A DNA stretch of 35,502 bases from a virus. Taxonomy: Duplodnaviria; Caudoviricetes. Made by a program: the position numbers and the translations under genes. Shown here in pieces: positions 9,518 through 19,049 of the stretch; positions within the stretch are counted from its first letter, which is position 1; every line of letters begins with the position of its first letter. The stretch spans positions 1 through 35,502 of IMG/VR virus record IMGVR_UViG_3300005739_000402; one strand, written 5' to 3'. A model generated the notes under the pieces. That model was not told the origin of the DNA. It saw nothing but the letters and a program-made list of their open reading frames with translations, and did not search any database.

Positions 9518-9698
9518 GGATACATTTAATCATCCCAACCAAGGGGGGGGGGATCAACCTATCTTCACTAGCGATGCTTTGATAGAAGAAAATTTTGAGA
9601 ACAGCTTGTTTAGTTTCGCTTACGCTAAATATGAACGTTATCAACATTATCTTTGGGATGAACTAATCAATCATGTCGAAAGCACTCGTAATTCTTAG
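9514..9698 (+). pseudogene. frameshifted stand-alone copy of the DpdA-like N-terminal module (G10 tract at 9543-9552)
   Basis: MRIHLIIPTKGG(G) in one frame continues as DQPIF...NSLFSFAYAKYERYQHYLWDEL in another. It is homologous to the repeats in 10368..11453; G8 or G11 would restore the frame. Confidence 0.75.
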
Positions 9699-10371
9699 CG
9701 GTGGTCAAGATTCCACGACTTGCCTTGCTGTAGCCAAGCAACGGTTCACCGAAGTTCATGCTGTGACGTTTGAATATGGACAGAAACACGCCATAGAACT
9801 TGAGTCGGCCCGCCGTGTCGCTGAGTTGATGGAGGTAAATTCCCACGAGGTCATCACTCTAGGGCGTATCCTGGCTGGTACATCGCCATTGGTTAGCGAT
9901 ACCCCTCTAGGGAAATACAACAGCCCTGCGGAGCTTCCAGGGGGCATAGAACCGACGTTTGTTCCGGGTCGTAACTTGCTGTTTCTCACCTTGGCGGCAA
10001 ACCGCGCTGCTGTGCTAGGCGTCAATCACCTATTCACTGGGCTATGTGAGGAAGACTTTGGAGGCTACCCGGATTGTCGTCAAGTCTTTGTCGACGCCAT
10101 GGCCTCGGCTTTGTCTGAAGGCATTTGGGGCCAACCTGGCGTATTCAAAATCCACACCCCATTGATGCACCTCAACAAAGCCGATTCGGTTCGATTGGCA
10201 GTAGATGTTCTGGGTGATCAGTTTGAATCTGTCATGGCAGAAACCCATACTTGCTACGATGGCGTTAAAGGTGGCTGTGGTCAATGTCATGCCTGCCATC
10301 TTCGAGATCGGGGCTTCCGTGAGGCGGGTATCAACGACCCCATCTGGAAATACCGCAAGGTGACAGCGTGA
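9673..10371 (+). CDS. queC: 7-cyano-7-deazaguanine synthase
   Basis: SGGQDSTT, YGQKH, FVPGRN, YPDCR and TCY...CGQCHAC motifs. Confidence 0.95.
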   Translation: MSKALVILSGGQDSTTCLAVAKQRFTEVHAVTFEYGQKHAIELESARRVAELMEVNSHEVITLGRILAGTSPLVSDTPLGKYNSPAELPGGIEPTFVPGRNLLFLTLAANRAAVLGVNHLFTGLCEEDFGGYPDCRQVFVDAMASALSEGIWGQPGVFKIHTPLMHLNKADSVRLAVDVLGDQFESVMAETHTCYDGVKGGCGQCHACHLRDRGFREAGINDPIWKYRKVTA

Positions 10372-10790
10372 GGATTCATCTAGCAGACCATAGCCCTGAA
10401 CGTGGTCAGCGCCTTTGTTTGCTGCAAGAAAAATGGGGGGGGTGGCTACATTCTTATGCCTATGCGGGAGTTCAAGGATGGGACGTTACGGAATCCTATT
10501 GGGAGTATTTAGTGAGGATTCATTTTGCTGACGCATCTACAGACAGAGGGCAGCTTCACTTGCGAGCAAGTGAAGCTGCCCCGTCCTCTTTGTTTAGCTA
10601 TGCATATAAAGATTCTCGTCACTTCTATGAACCCTTTGAACGCTACTGGGATGAACTTGTGAGGATACACTTTGCGGGGCAAGGGCCGTTTACTATCGAC
10701 TGCAAGGAGAGAGAGAACGTGCAAAATTATTTAACGACATATGCCTATCCTAAAGAAAACGATGCTCATTCATCTTTATGGAGTCGTGTT
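10368..10790 (+). repeat. three tandem ~48-aa N-terminal modules
   Basis: GTGAGGAT(T/A)CA starts at 10368, 10512 and 10659; each encodes RIH(L/F)A...(S/T)YAY...W. Confidence 0.85.
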
Positions 10791-11453
10791 GACCTCCGCC
10801 CCCGTGTAATCATCGACTCTGGCGCATTTACGGCATGGTCAACGGGGAAGACCATACGCCCCCAAGACTATGCAGAATGGGCGCTTGATTTTGATAAGCG
10901 CTGGCGTCATAAAATGGCGTCGCTTGAATTTATGAACCTTGATGTGATTGGCGATCAAGATGCTACTTGGGTTAATCAAGGTATCCTTGAGGGGCTAGGC
11001 ATGAAACCGCTCCCCATCGTCACCTTTGGCGTTGGCCTCAATCACCTCGACCGCGCATTAGAGAATTATGATTACATTGCCCTAGGTGGTCTTGTTCCCT
11101 ATACCAGGGACAAGGCCAAGCTTAAATCTTGGCTTGACGCTTGCTTTTCTCGTGTCATGGCATACCGAAAAAAGACAGGCATCTTGCGGCGGATTCACTT
11201 GTTAGGCATTACGACGGATTGGGTTCTAAAACGATATCCTTGCTTTTCTAGCGACTCATCCTCCTGGGTTTCGTGTCTACGTTTTGGCGGTGGCGACGCA
11301 GCCGGGATAAAGCAACTTCCTCGATACAAAGAATCGGACGCGGCCATGGCGGCGACTATTCATACCTTAAGGGCAGAGATTCGGAAATACAAAAAGATGC
11401 AAGACGAAGCGACAAAATTATGGGCCATGAGGGGGATCGCATTCGATGACTAA
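10368..11453 (+). CDS. DpdA-like / TGT-fold guanine transglycosylase, probably acting on DNA
   Basis: IIDSGAF, NLDVIGD, IALGG, IHLLG and SSDSSSW motifs; adjacent to preQ0 synthesis genes. Confidence 0.8.
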   Translation: MRIHLADHSPERGQRLCLLQEKWGGWLHSYAYAGVQGWDVTESYWEYLVRIHFADASTDRGQLHLRASEAAPSSLFSYAYKDSRHFYEPFERYWDELVRIHFAGQGPFTIDCKERENVQNYLTTYAYPKENDAHSSLWSRVDLRPRVIIDSGAFTAWSTGKTIRPQDYAEWALDFDKRWRHKMASLEFMNLDVIGDQDATWVNQGILEGLGMKPLPIVTFGVGLNHLDRALENYDYIALGGLVPYTRDKAKLKSWLDACFSRVMAYRKKTGILRRIHLLGITTDWVLKRYPCFSSDSSSWVSCLRFGGGDAAGIKQLPRYKESDAAMAATIHTLRAEIRKYKKMQDEATKLWAMRGIAFDD

Positions 11454-12105
11454 TTACAAAATAGAACGCGGTGTTGCTATCCCCAAGAGTAAGCTACACC
11501 CTAATCCCTGGAACCCAAATCACATGAAACCTCGCCAGCAAGCCGCTGTTGAGGAATCAATCAAGGCGTATGGGCAAATCCTAGAACTCCTAGTTCGGCC
11601 CCATCCTGACATAAAAGACGAATACCAAATCATTGATGGAGAACATCGGTTTAACGTTTTGCCTGATACGGTCTATTGCAACGTGATTCATGGCTTGCCC
11701 GATGCCGAAGCTAAGAAGCTGACCATCGTCATGAATGAAACCCGTGGAGCCGCAGACAAAATAGAACTAGCCAAACTGCTGGCCGAGCTTAGTACCGAGA
11801 TTGACGATCTTTCTACCGCTTTGCCCTGGGATGATGTCGAGCTAGACGAACTGATTAAGCTCGCGGATGTTGACTGGGACAGCTTTACCGATGCATTTGA
11901 AGAAGACGAACCACAAGCCAATGAAGAAGACCCTACTGACGATTTTGTGAGGCTATCGGTAGCAGTTCCAAGAGAGGCTATGGATATTGTGAACCAAGCC
12001 AAAGATTTAATTGAAGAACAAGGAGCATTGCATAAAGATGCCGCCCTAGCCTGGGGACAGGTTCTAGAGCGGCTGGCGGCTGATTACTTAGCGATGCCTT
12101 CCTGA
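11446..12105 (+). CDS. ParB/Srx-like N-terminal domain protein
   Basis: LHPNPWNPN, SIKAYG and YQIIDGEHR motifs. Confidence 0.85.
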   Translation: MTNYKIERGVAIPKSKLHPNPWNPNHMKPRQQAAVEESIKAYGQILELLVRPHPDIKDEYQIIDGEHRFNVLPDTVYCNVIHGLPDAEAKKLTIVMNETRGAADKIELAKLLAELSTEIDDLSTALPWDDVELDELIKLADVDWDSFTDAFEEDEPQANEEDPTDDFVRLSVAVPREAMDIVNQAKDLIEEQGALHKDAALAWGQVLERLAADYLAMPS

Positions 12106-12254
12106 CTATTCTTCCGTTCTCGCCATGCCTTTTGATAAGCGGCTATAACATAGCTTAGGCGAAAAGTGTCCACCATTTTTCTAAAATTGGTTGAACCCCC
12201 GCTAGGACAGGCATAATGTAACTATGTCTTGTCTGAAATGTCACATCCTGTCAC

Positions 12255-12749
12255 ATGGCTGAAACCGTTGCTCTGACTGATTCTCAACTAAAAGCCATAG
12301 CGCTACTGGCGGATGGTATGTCACAGGGTGCAGCCGCGAAGAGCATGGGATGCAACAGGGCCACCATCAACCGCTGGGCACAGAAAGAAGACTTTGCCGC
12401 TGCCCTTGCAGCCGAGATAGAACGTCGCCGCCAGCGCACCGAGGCCAAGCTACAGGAAGCGGCCAATGAACAAATTGATGAAGAGGTGGCTAGCCTGCGG
12501 GCTGAAATGGCGGAGTTCCATCGGGCTATCGTCAACGTGCAAAAGCAACGGTTGACCCGTGGCAAAATCATCATGGATAAAGCCTTTGCGCGGCTCCAAG
12601 ACTTGCCCACCGAAGCTATTGGTGTGAAGGACATCGCACCGCTAGTTATGGCCGCAGACCGCCTTTTTGAAAAAGGGCTGGAAACCTGGGGCGATGCTTT
12701 GGCTGTGGATGATTTGATGCAACGGCTAGGCGGTGATGGCCAAAGTTAG
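12255..12749 (+). CDS. terS: terminase small subunit (HTH)
   Basis: N-terminal HTH (SQGAAAKSMGCNRATINRW) plus coiled coil, overlapping terL. Confidence 0.7.
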   Translation: MAETVALTDSQLKAIALLADGMSQGAAAKSMGCNRATINRWAQKEDFAAALAAEIERRRQRTEAKLQEAANEQIDEEVASLRAEMAEFHRAIVNVQKQRLTRGKIIMDKAFARLQDLPTEAIGVKDIAPLVMAADRLFEKGLETWGDALAVDDLMQRLGGDGQS

Positions 12750-14238
12750 GGGACTGGAATACCTCAAGACCCGTTACCAAACCCCCCGCATTGAGAAGGC
12801 GCTGCAAGGGCGGGTAAGTCATCGACCATCGGCAACGGTGCCCCCCCACCTCACCCCATCCCCCAACGAACACCCCGCCGATTTCCTCAAGCGCACCCTG
12901 CCCGGTTCACCGATACCCACCGGGGCAAGGCACATGGCGGTTTGGGATTGGGCCGCTGCCCTACGACCGGGGGAACCTGCCCAAAGCCGAGTCGAGATCT
13001 GGGCACGGGGCGGAGCCAAATCAGACACCGCTGAAAAGCTGTGTGCCTACCTGGCTTGTGCCCTAACTCGGCGCTTTGCCTTGTACGTTTGTGGCACCCA
13101 AGATCAAGCCGATGACCACGTTCAAAACATCGCGGCTCTGTTAGAGCGCATGGGCATTCCTAGGGCCGTCAATGCCTACAGTGCCAGCATCAACTGGACA
13201 GCCAAGCAACTGCAAACCGCGCATGGCTTTGGGGTTTTGGGGGTGGGCCTCAATGCCAGGGTACGGGGGGCACGATGGGAAGATAACCGCCCTGACCTCA
13301 TCATCCTCGATGACGTTGACGGGGAACACGACAGCCCCCAGATGGTGCAGAAGAAGCTAGCCACCATCAGCAAGGCCATTCTCCCGGCTGGCTCTAGCGA
13401 TGCGACGGTGTTGTTTATCCAAAACCGCATCCACGAAGGCAGCGTGATTGCCCAGATTGCCGACCGTCGATCCGAGCTATTGCTAGGGGCCAGTATCACG
13501 ATAGAGCCCGCTGCCTATGACCTGGAATGGGAACGGGATGTGATCGACGGTGAACCCCGGTATCGAGTCACCGGAGGGCGTCCTACTTGGGAACAGGGCC
13601 AAGACCTAGCGGTGATCGAGAGACAGATAAACCAATGGACATTGCCCGTTTTTCTGAGTGAGTCGCAGCATGAAGACGCGCCGGACGGGGGGTTGTGGGA
13701 TAAAGACCGAGACCTTAACCCTTACCGTGTGGCGAGGGCACCGGAGCAGCTACGGCGCATTGTAGTGGGCGTTGACCCTAGCGGCAGCGTGGGCACCGAG
13801 GCGGGCATCGTCGCGGCGGGCCTAGGCTTTGACAACCATGCCTATGTGTTGGCCGACGACTCCCTGGCTGGCACTACCAATGAATGGGTAGCAGCGGCGA
13901 TTGCCCGATATCACTTGGCCCTGGCTGATGTTGTGATTTTGGAAAGGAATTTTGGCGGCGACATGGCAGAGGCCGCCTTCAAAAATGCAGACCCTAGGGT
14001 AGGAATCAAGATGGTGACGGCTAGCCGGGGAAAACAGGTACGGGCTGAACCTGTGCATCAACTCTATGAGCAGGGCAAGGTGCATCATGTGGGGCACTTC
14101 CCAGAGCTAGAACATGAGATGTGCTGCTGGCAACCGGGGATGAAATCGCCCAACCGATTGGATGCTATGGTGTGGGCCATCACGGATCTAATGGCCTTTG
14201 ATGACATTGCCGCCAGACTAAGCGCCTTGAGCGGTTAG
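12733..14238 (+). CDS. terL: terminase large subunit
   Basis: Walker A-like ARGGAKS, Walker B LIILDD, nuclease VVGVDPS and SPNRLDAMVWA. Confidence 0.92.
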   Translation: MMAKVRGLEYLKTRYQTPRIEKALQGRVSHRPSATVPPHLTPSPNEHPADFLKRTLPGSPIPTGARHMAVWDWAAALRPGEPAQSRVEIWARGGAKSDTAEKLCAYLACALTRRFALYVCGTQDQADDHVQNIAALLERMGIPRAVNAYSASINWTAKQLQTAHGFGVLGVGLNARVRGARWEDNRPDLIILDDVDGEHDSPQMVQKKLATISKAILPAGSSDATVLFIQNRIHEGSVIAQIADRRSELLLGASITIEPAAYDLEWERDVIDGEPRYRVTGGRPTWEQGQDLAVIERQINQWTLPVFLSESQHEDAPDGGLWDKDRDLNPYRVARAPEQLRRIVVGVDPSGSVGTEAGIVAAGLGFDNHAYVLADDSLAGTTNEWVAAAIARYHLALADVVILERNFGGDMAEAAFKNADPRVGIKMVTASRGKQVRAEPVHQLYEQGKVHHVGHFPELEHEMCCWQPGMKSPNRLDAMVWAITDLMAFDDIAARLSALSG

Positions 14239-14276
14239 CGGGTTACTATGGGAATACCCCTACATCCCCCGGTACG

Positions 14277-17200
14277 ATGGCCGATGATGCCCTTGCGACA
14301 ACCCAGCGTCTAGACTCTGTTCTGTCTGCCCTAAATCATTCCCTGATGCGTAATGGCGCGACGGGGATGGGGACTAGCCTTGATCCGTACACCCAGGTAG
14401 AGGTGAACTATGGGCGGTTGCTGAATGAGCAGCAGCTACGGGCATTGTACCGAGGGTCTTGGTTTATCAGGCGAGTGGTGGATCTGTTGCCCCAGGATAT
14501 GACCAAGGCGGGGGTAGAGGTGTTGTTGCACGATGGTAGCAATACCCGAATTGTGAACAAGGCCATGCAGGTTTACCACGATGGGGGCCAGCGCCAGAAC
14601 CCCTACGAAAAGCGGATGGGGTGTAATGAGGCTAGACGCCTAGCGTTAACCTATGCCCGATGGTTTGGGATGGGATACATTGTGTTGCGGGTCAACGGTG
14701 GCGAGAATCCCGCTAAGCCCCTAACCAAGGTGAAAAGTTTTGAGGGTGTCAGTGTCCTTGACCGCTACAGCCTACGCCCTGCCATTGGCACCATTGATGT
14801 TCATAACCCAGAGTTTTACCAGGTGTCGCGCCACGATGCCCCCGGTGGGTTTGGGGGTGAACTACCAGTGATGCAGCGCATCCATGCGAGTCGGGTATTG
14901 CCCTACAAAGGGGCGATGATCCATCCCTACGATATTCAGCTAGAAGGGGACGGTGGGCACGATAGCGTAGTGCAGCAAGTCTATGAGGCGTTCACCCGTC
15001 ACTTCATGGCCAAGGATGCCATTAGCAAAGGGCTGGATAGTTACAGCTTGTTTAAGGTGGCAATCTCTGGATTGTCTACGCTGTTGCAATCTCCGAACGG
15101 AACGCAGACCCTAACCGAGTATCTGAACACGGTGGCTCAACAGATGAGCCTACACCGCATCATCGTGCAGGATACCGAGGCCAGTAAGAGTGAGTTTCAG
15201 GAGCGGTCGTTTGCGGGGGTTGCTGAGAACTTCAAGTTTTTTGTAGATGACCTGATTGCCGCCACGGGCTACCCCCATTACAAAATCTATGGCAGCGTGG
15301 GCAAGGCGGGTTTAGCTGATAGCGGTGGTGCTGAATCGAGGGCATGGGCCGAAACGGTGCGGGCCTACCAGTCGATGGAGCTAGCCGACAATGATCGCAT
15401 CTTGTTTCACGCCATCTTTGAGGCATTGGGGCGGGTGCCGAAGCAGTGGGAGGTGGTCTATCCCAGCATCTATTCGGCAACCCCTGAGGAAGAGGCTACC
15501 CTGGCCAAAACCCAAGCCGACACCCTAACCGCCCTGACCCGTGAAGGGGTGATTACCACTCGCCAAGCCTACCAAGCCCTCGCCACGGGGCAACCCCTAG
15601 AGAACGTATTGAAGCCCCTAGATGAAGCCGAGGTGCTGACCCCCGTAGAGGAAGAAGCAGCGCAGGGGCCAAGCGCTGAAGAGGAATTGACAGCATTACT
15701 CGGTGGTGCCTCCGCAGAACCCGCCACCCCAGAAGCGCCCTCCGAGGAAATGGAAGCGGTTGAGGATGTACCCGAAGAGGTGGCGGCGGAAACCACACCA
15801 GAGGCCGTAGAAGCCCCCATGGAGGTCGATGAAGAACCGGAAGAGGAAGCCATTGAGGTTGCGGCTGAAACGGTGCCAGAAATAGAAGAGCCAGAAATAG
15901 AAGAGCCTGAAGAGGAAGAGGAACAGGAAGAACCCCTGAGCGCTGAGGATGAAATGGCGGCGCTGTTGGCGGTGGAGGAACAGCAGACGGATGCTGCCGA
16001 CACCTTTACCCCACCCAAAGCGGCCCAACGCAATGCCCAACGGGTCTTAGAATGGCGCGAACGGTACGGCGATGAAGTCAAGGGCATGACGGCCGTGGGG
16101 TGGACACGCGCTCGACAGTTGGCCAGTGGTGAACCAATTAGCCTTGACACCGTAAAGCGCATGGCGCAATTTAATCGTCATCGTCAGAACCGTACAGTTG
16201 CCCCGGAGAACAAGGGCACCCCCTGGAAAGATGCAGGCCATGTGGCATGGCTGGGCTGGGGTGGCACCGAAGGGGTTGATTGGGCTATCAACGTAAGTGG
16301 TCGAACGGATATTGATAATCTGTGGGGCTACCACATCCCCCGGCATTCTCAGGCCCGCCGAACCTTGAATATAGTGCTGGCCGACACGGTGCGGATTGAC
16401 AACCTAGACGAGGACTTGTTAGCGATGCTTAGTCAGGAAACGGCGCGGGAATTGGTGACGGTTGCCGCCACAGAACTCTATGCCCAACGGGGGCAAACCG
16501 TTGATGTTGCTGTTGATTCGGTGCATGTGGATGACGGGGCGCTGTTGGTAATGCTACGCCTAGACGGTGACGACGGCCACGGTGATGCCCTTGTGACCTA
16601 CCGGGATGGCCTGTGGCAAGAAGACCGGGTAGACATTGATGAACTACTGGAAAGCTTGCTGGGCTGGCGTGTAGATGCGCCCAAGGGTAGCAAGGGGGGC
16701 CGTAAGAAGCGCACCGAGAAACCGAAGTGTACCAAAGGTCGTAGCTGTGGGATGAGTTGTATTCCACAGAATCGCAAATGTAAATCCGATCTTAGTCCCG
16801 CTGCTGATGTGGTGGCTAAGTCGGTGGTGAGTAGTGGTGGGACAGGTGGGGGCAAGAGCAAGGGGCAAGGGGGGAACCAAGACCCATTTAGTCCACAGGT
16901 GAACCCGATCAATATCCCGGATGCGCCAAAGACGTACGTCATCCCTACTGCCCCAACCCCGGACATGAAGCTTCTGGGTAAGGGCGCTTTTGGAGCCGTT
17001 TATCTTGATGAGAAAAATAATGTTGCGTTGAAATATGTTACCGGAGAAAACCCCGCACTAGCTCAGTTTTATTCGACAGATGATGAAGTTCGGATGATGC
17101 AAAAGGCAAGTGACGCGGGAGTTGGCCCTAGGCTTTTTGGAACATCTCAAGACGCGGATGGAAACCCGATCATTGCAATGGAGTACCTGAAAGGGTTCAT

Positions 17201-17597
17201 TCCATTGAACGGAACAGACCCTCAAGCAAAATACGAAGACCTTAATAGACTCTCCGAGAAAAAACAGGCAAGGGTTATTGTGAACGTGCTGAAGGCTATA
17301 GAACAAATGTCTCAGGCGGGCATTATTCACAATGATGCTCACACAGGAAACATCATGTTTAACCCAAGGACTGGCCAGGTTAAAATGGTAGATATGGGAT
17401 TAGCGTCAGAGGGTTCAGCGATTGATACCGATGTAAGGCGGTTTATCATGGCGATAACAGCCCCCGGTTCGGCATGGAAATCAAGCTGGGCTATGAGTTC
17501 GCCTATGGAAAGGTTCCCACGAATTATGAATGAGCCAGATTGGGACGGAGATATTACCCCTTTAATTAAGCAATATGAGGATATGGCAAATGGATGA
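14277..17597 (+). CDS. portal protein (DUF1073-like) fused to an acidic linker, accessory domains, Cys4 motif and C-terminal protein kinase
   Basis: Follows terL; LY..SW..RRVVD..PQDM, ARWFG and RIHASRV portal motifs; C-terminal LGKGAFGAVY, VALK, HNDAHTGNIM and DMG kinase motifs. Confidence 0.85.
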   Translation: MADDALATTQRLDSVLSALNHSLMRNGATGMGTSLDPYTQVEVNYGRLLNEQQLRALYRGSWFIRRVVDLLPQDMTKAGVEVLLHDGSNTRIVNKAMQVYHDGGQRQNPYEKRMGCNEARRLALTYARWFGMGYIVLRVNGGENPAKPLTKVKSFEGVSVLDRYSLRPAIGTIDVHNPEFYQVSRHDAPGGFGGELPVMQRIHASRVLPYKGAMIHPYDIQLEGDGGHDSVVQQVYEAFTRHFMAKDAISKGLDSYSLFKVAISGLSTLLQSPNGTQTLTEYLNTVAQQMSLHRIIVQDTEASKSEFQERSFAGVAENFKFFVDDLIAATGYPHYKIYGSVGKAGLADSGGAESRAWAETVRAYQSMELADNDRILFHAIFEALGRVPKQWEVVYPSIYSATPEEEATLAKTQADTLTALTREGVITTRQAYQALATGQPLENVLKPLDEAEVLTPVEEEAAQGPSAEEELTALLGGASAEPATPEAPSEEMEAVEDVPEEVAAETTPEAVEAPMEVDEEPEEEAIEVAAETVPEIEEPEIEEPEEEEEQEEPLSAEDEMAALLAVEEQQTDAADTFTPPKAAQRNAQRVLEWRERYGDEVKGMTAVGWTRARQLASGEPISLDTVKRMAQFNRHRQNRTVAPENKGTPWKDAGHVAWLGWGGTEGVDWAINVSGRTDIDNLWGYHIPRHSQARRTLNIVLADTVRIDNLDEDLLAMLSQETARELVTVAATELYAQRGQTVDVAVDSVHVDDGALLVMLRLDGDDGHGDALVTYRDGLWQEDRVDIDELLESLLGWRVDAPKGSKGGRKKRTEKPKCTKGRSCGMSCIPQNRKCKSDLSPAADVVAKSVVSSGGTGGGKSKGQGGNQDPFSPQVNPINIPDAPKTYVIPTAPTPDMKLLGKGAFGAVYLDEKNNVALKYVTGENPALAQFYSTDDEVRMMQKASDAGVGPRLFGTSQDADGNPIIAMEYLKGFIPLNGTDPQAKYEDLNRLSEKKQARVIVNVLKAIEQMSQAGIIHNDAHTGNIMFNPRTGQVKMVDMGLASEGSAIDTDVRRFIMAITAPGSAWKSSWAMSSPMERFPRIMNEPDWDGDITPLIKQYEDMANG

Positions 17598-17778
17598 TGA
17601 TATAGCCTTGCTTGTGGCACAAAGAAGGGTTCTTATGCGGAAATATTTAGCACTTCCAAAGGATGACAGGGCCAGGGGCGATCTTATGGCGCAGGCTGAC
17701 GTATTGCTTTTAGAGATTGACAAACTGAAATCCGGCCAAGATCCATCAGCTTACATTGTCGGTATTGTAGGTTTATAG
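17590..17778 (+). CDS. small helical protein, candidate kinase partner/immunity protein
   Basis: ATG overlaps the end of the portal-kinase gene; same AT-richer segment. Confidence 0.55.
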   Translation: MDDDIALLVAQRRVLMRKYLALPKDDRARGDLMAQADVLLLEIDKLKSGQDPSAYIVGIVGL

Positions 17779-17786
17779 GCGATCTC

Positions 17787-19049
17787 ATGGCAAACCCAGT
17801 CCTTGACAGAATCCCCGTAGAGAAACGCATCGAGCTAGTCATCCGTAGTGTTTACGAAGACGCTGGGGGTGGCCCTGGCGGAACCGATGTTATCCGCGAC
17901 AGTGTGCGCGATGTCGAAATTGGCACACCCCCCAACGGGTGGACAGCGTTAGCCGATCTGGATAGTGCTGATGGACGGCTTACCATCAAAGCTGAGTATG
18001 ACGGCCAAAGCTACAGCGATGTGGTGGTGGTCGCTAATGGCAAACCCGTGACGGTGACGGATAGTGAGGATGACGGGATAGAGGATTACATTGACGCAGA
18101 GGCAGACCCAGAAGACTTGGTATTGTTGGCCGCTAGGGTAGTTTTTGAGGCGGGCGATTGGAAAATTCTAGGGATAAAGAATCTTGAGATTGATCCGGGG
18201 GAAGGGCTAACATTCCAGGTTGTTGTTGAGCAAGACGGAACGGGAAAGCGCCTCCTTCAACAGGTTGAGTACAACGCTATCACCAATGAATGGGTAGATA
18301 GTGTCATCGAAGGTCGTACTGATGTGTGGCGGAGTGATACACCTAGAAAAGGTAGCAAGCGAGGCAAGCGAACCGAAGCCCCTAAATGTAAAGCAGGTAA
18401 AAAATGCGGGATGACCTGCATCAAAATGGAGCGCGACTGCCATCAAAATCCTACAGGTGTTGTTGAAGAAGCCTTAAAGACAGCGGTAGGAACAAAATCA
18501 AAAGGGGGAGCGGCAAGTAAGCGGCCAGTTATCCCATTACCTTCCGGGGTTAAACGTAAGGATAATGGTGATGAAACTACCTATACCTTTGAGGCAGGCG
18601 ATGACATTTTAACGTTTACGATTAAGCCTGAACCAAGGCTAGCCGCCGCAAATGGTACGCGAATGGTTGACTTTGAGGTGAACTATTCCTTGGCCGCTGG
18701 CGAATTAATTGACAACAATAACGCTGTCGCTATTGCATCCAAGGCAAGGGCTATCATGCAGCACGACGCATCCCAAAGGCCAAACGGTTTTAGGTATAGC
18801 ACCCTTGCTTTTGCCAATGATGATAGGGGATCTGCCAGGGCTTTACTTTATTCAAAAGAAGGGTTCTCAACTCCCGGAGATTTACAGCTAGAAGGATCTA
18901 AGGGGATTCAATATGCCGTGGTTAAGAATGGCCGAATGGTGCCCTCTGACGCAAACGGAAAAGCAATTACTCCAGCACGTCAACGGAAAGCGATAAAGGC
19001 TTTAATTGAAGATGCACGAAAAGAGAGAAACCAGCGGAGGTCAGCATGA
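17787..19049 (+). CDS. Cys4-motif head-module protein with possible GNAT-like C-terminal domain
   Basis: Two copies of the shared N-domain; KCKAGKKCGMTCIKMERDC; C-terminal RALLYSKEGF. Confidence 0.7.
   Translation: MANPVLDRIPVEKRIELVIRSVYEDAGGGPGGTDVIRDSVRDVEIGTPPNGWTALADLDSADGRLTIKAEYDGQSYSDVVVVANGKPVTVTDSEDDGIEDYIDAEADPEDLVLLAARVVFEAGDWKILGIKNLEIDPGEGLTFQVVVEQDGTGKRLLQQVEYNAITNEWVDSVIEGRTDVWRSDTPRKGSKRGKRTEAPKCKAGKKCGMTCIKMERDCHQNPTGVVEEALKTAVGTKSKGGAASKRPVIPLPSGVKRKDNGDETTYTFEAGDDILTFTIKPEPRLAAANGTRMVDFEVNYSLAAGELIDNNNAVAIASKARAIMQHDASQRPNGFRYSTLAFANDDRGSARALLYSKEGFSTPGDLQLEGSKGIQYAVVKNGRMVPSDANGKAITPARQRKAIKALIEDARKERNQRRSA

Noticed and set aside
8000-11453. Queuosine tRNA-modification operon
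   Set aside because: No queF or queA, and the TGT-fold protein lacks the Cys/His zinc motif of tRNA TGTs; the phage context favours DNA modification.
12160-12254. Sigma70-type promoter upstream of terS
   Set aside because: TTGAAC and CATAAT are only 15 nt apart, too weak to call.
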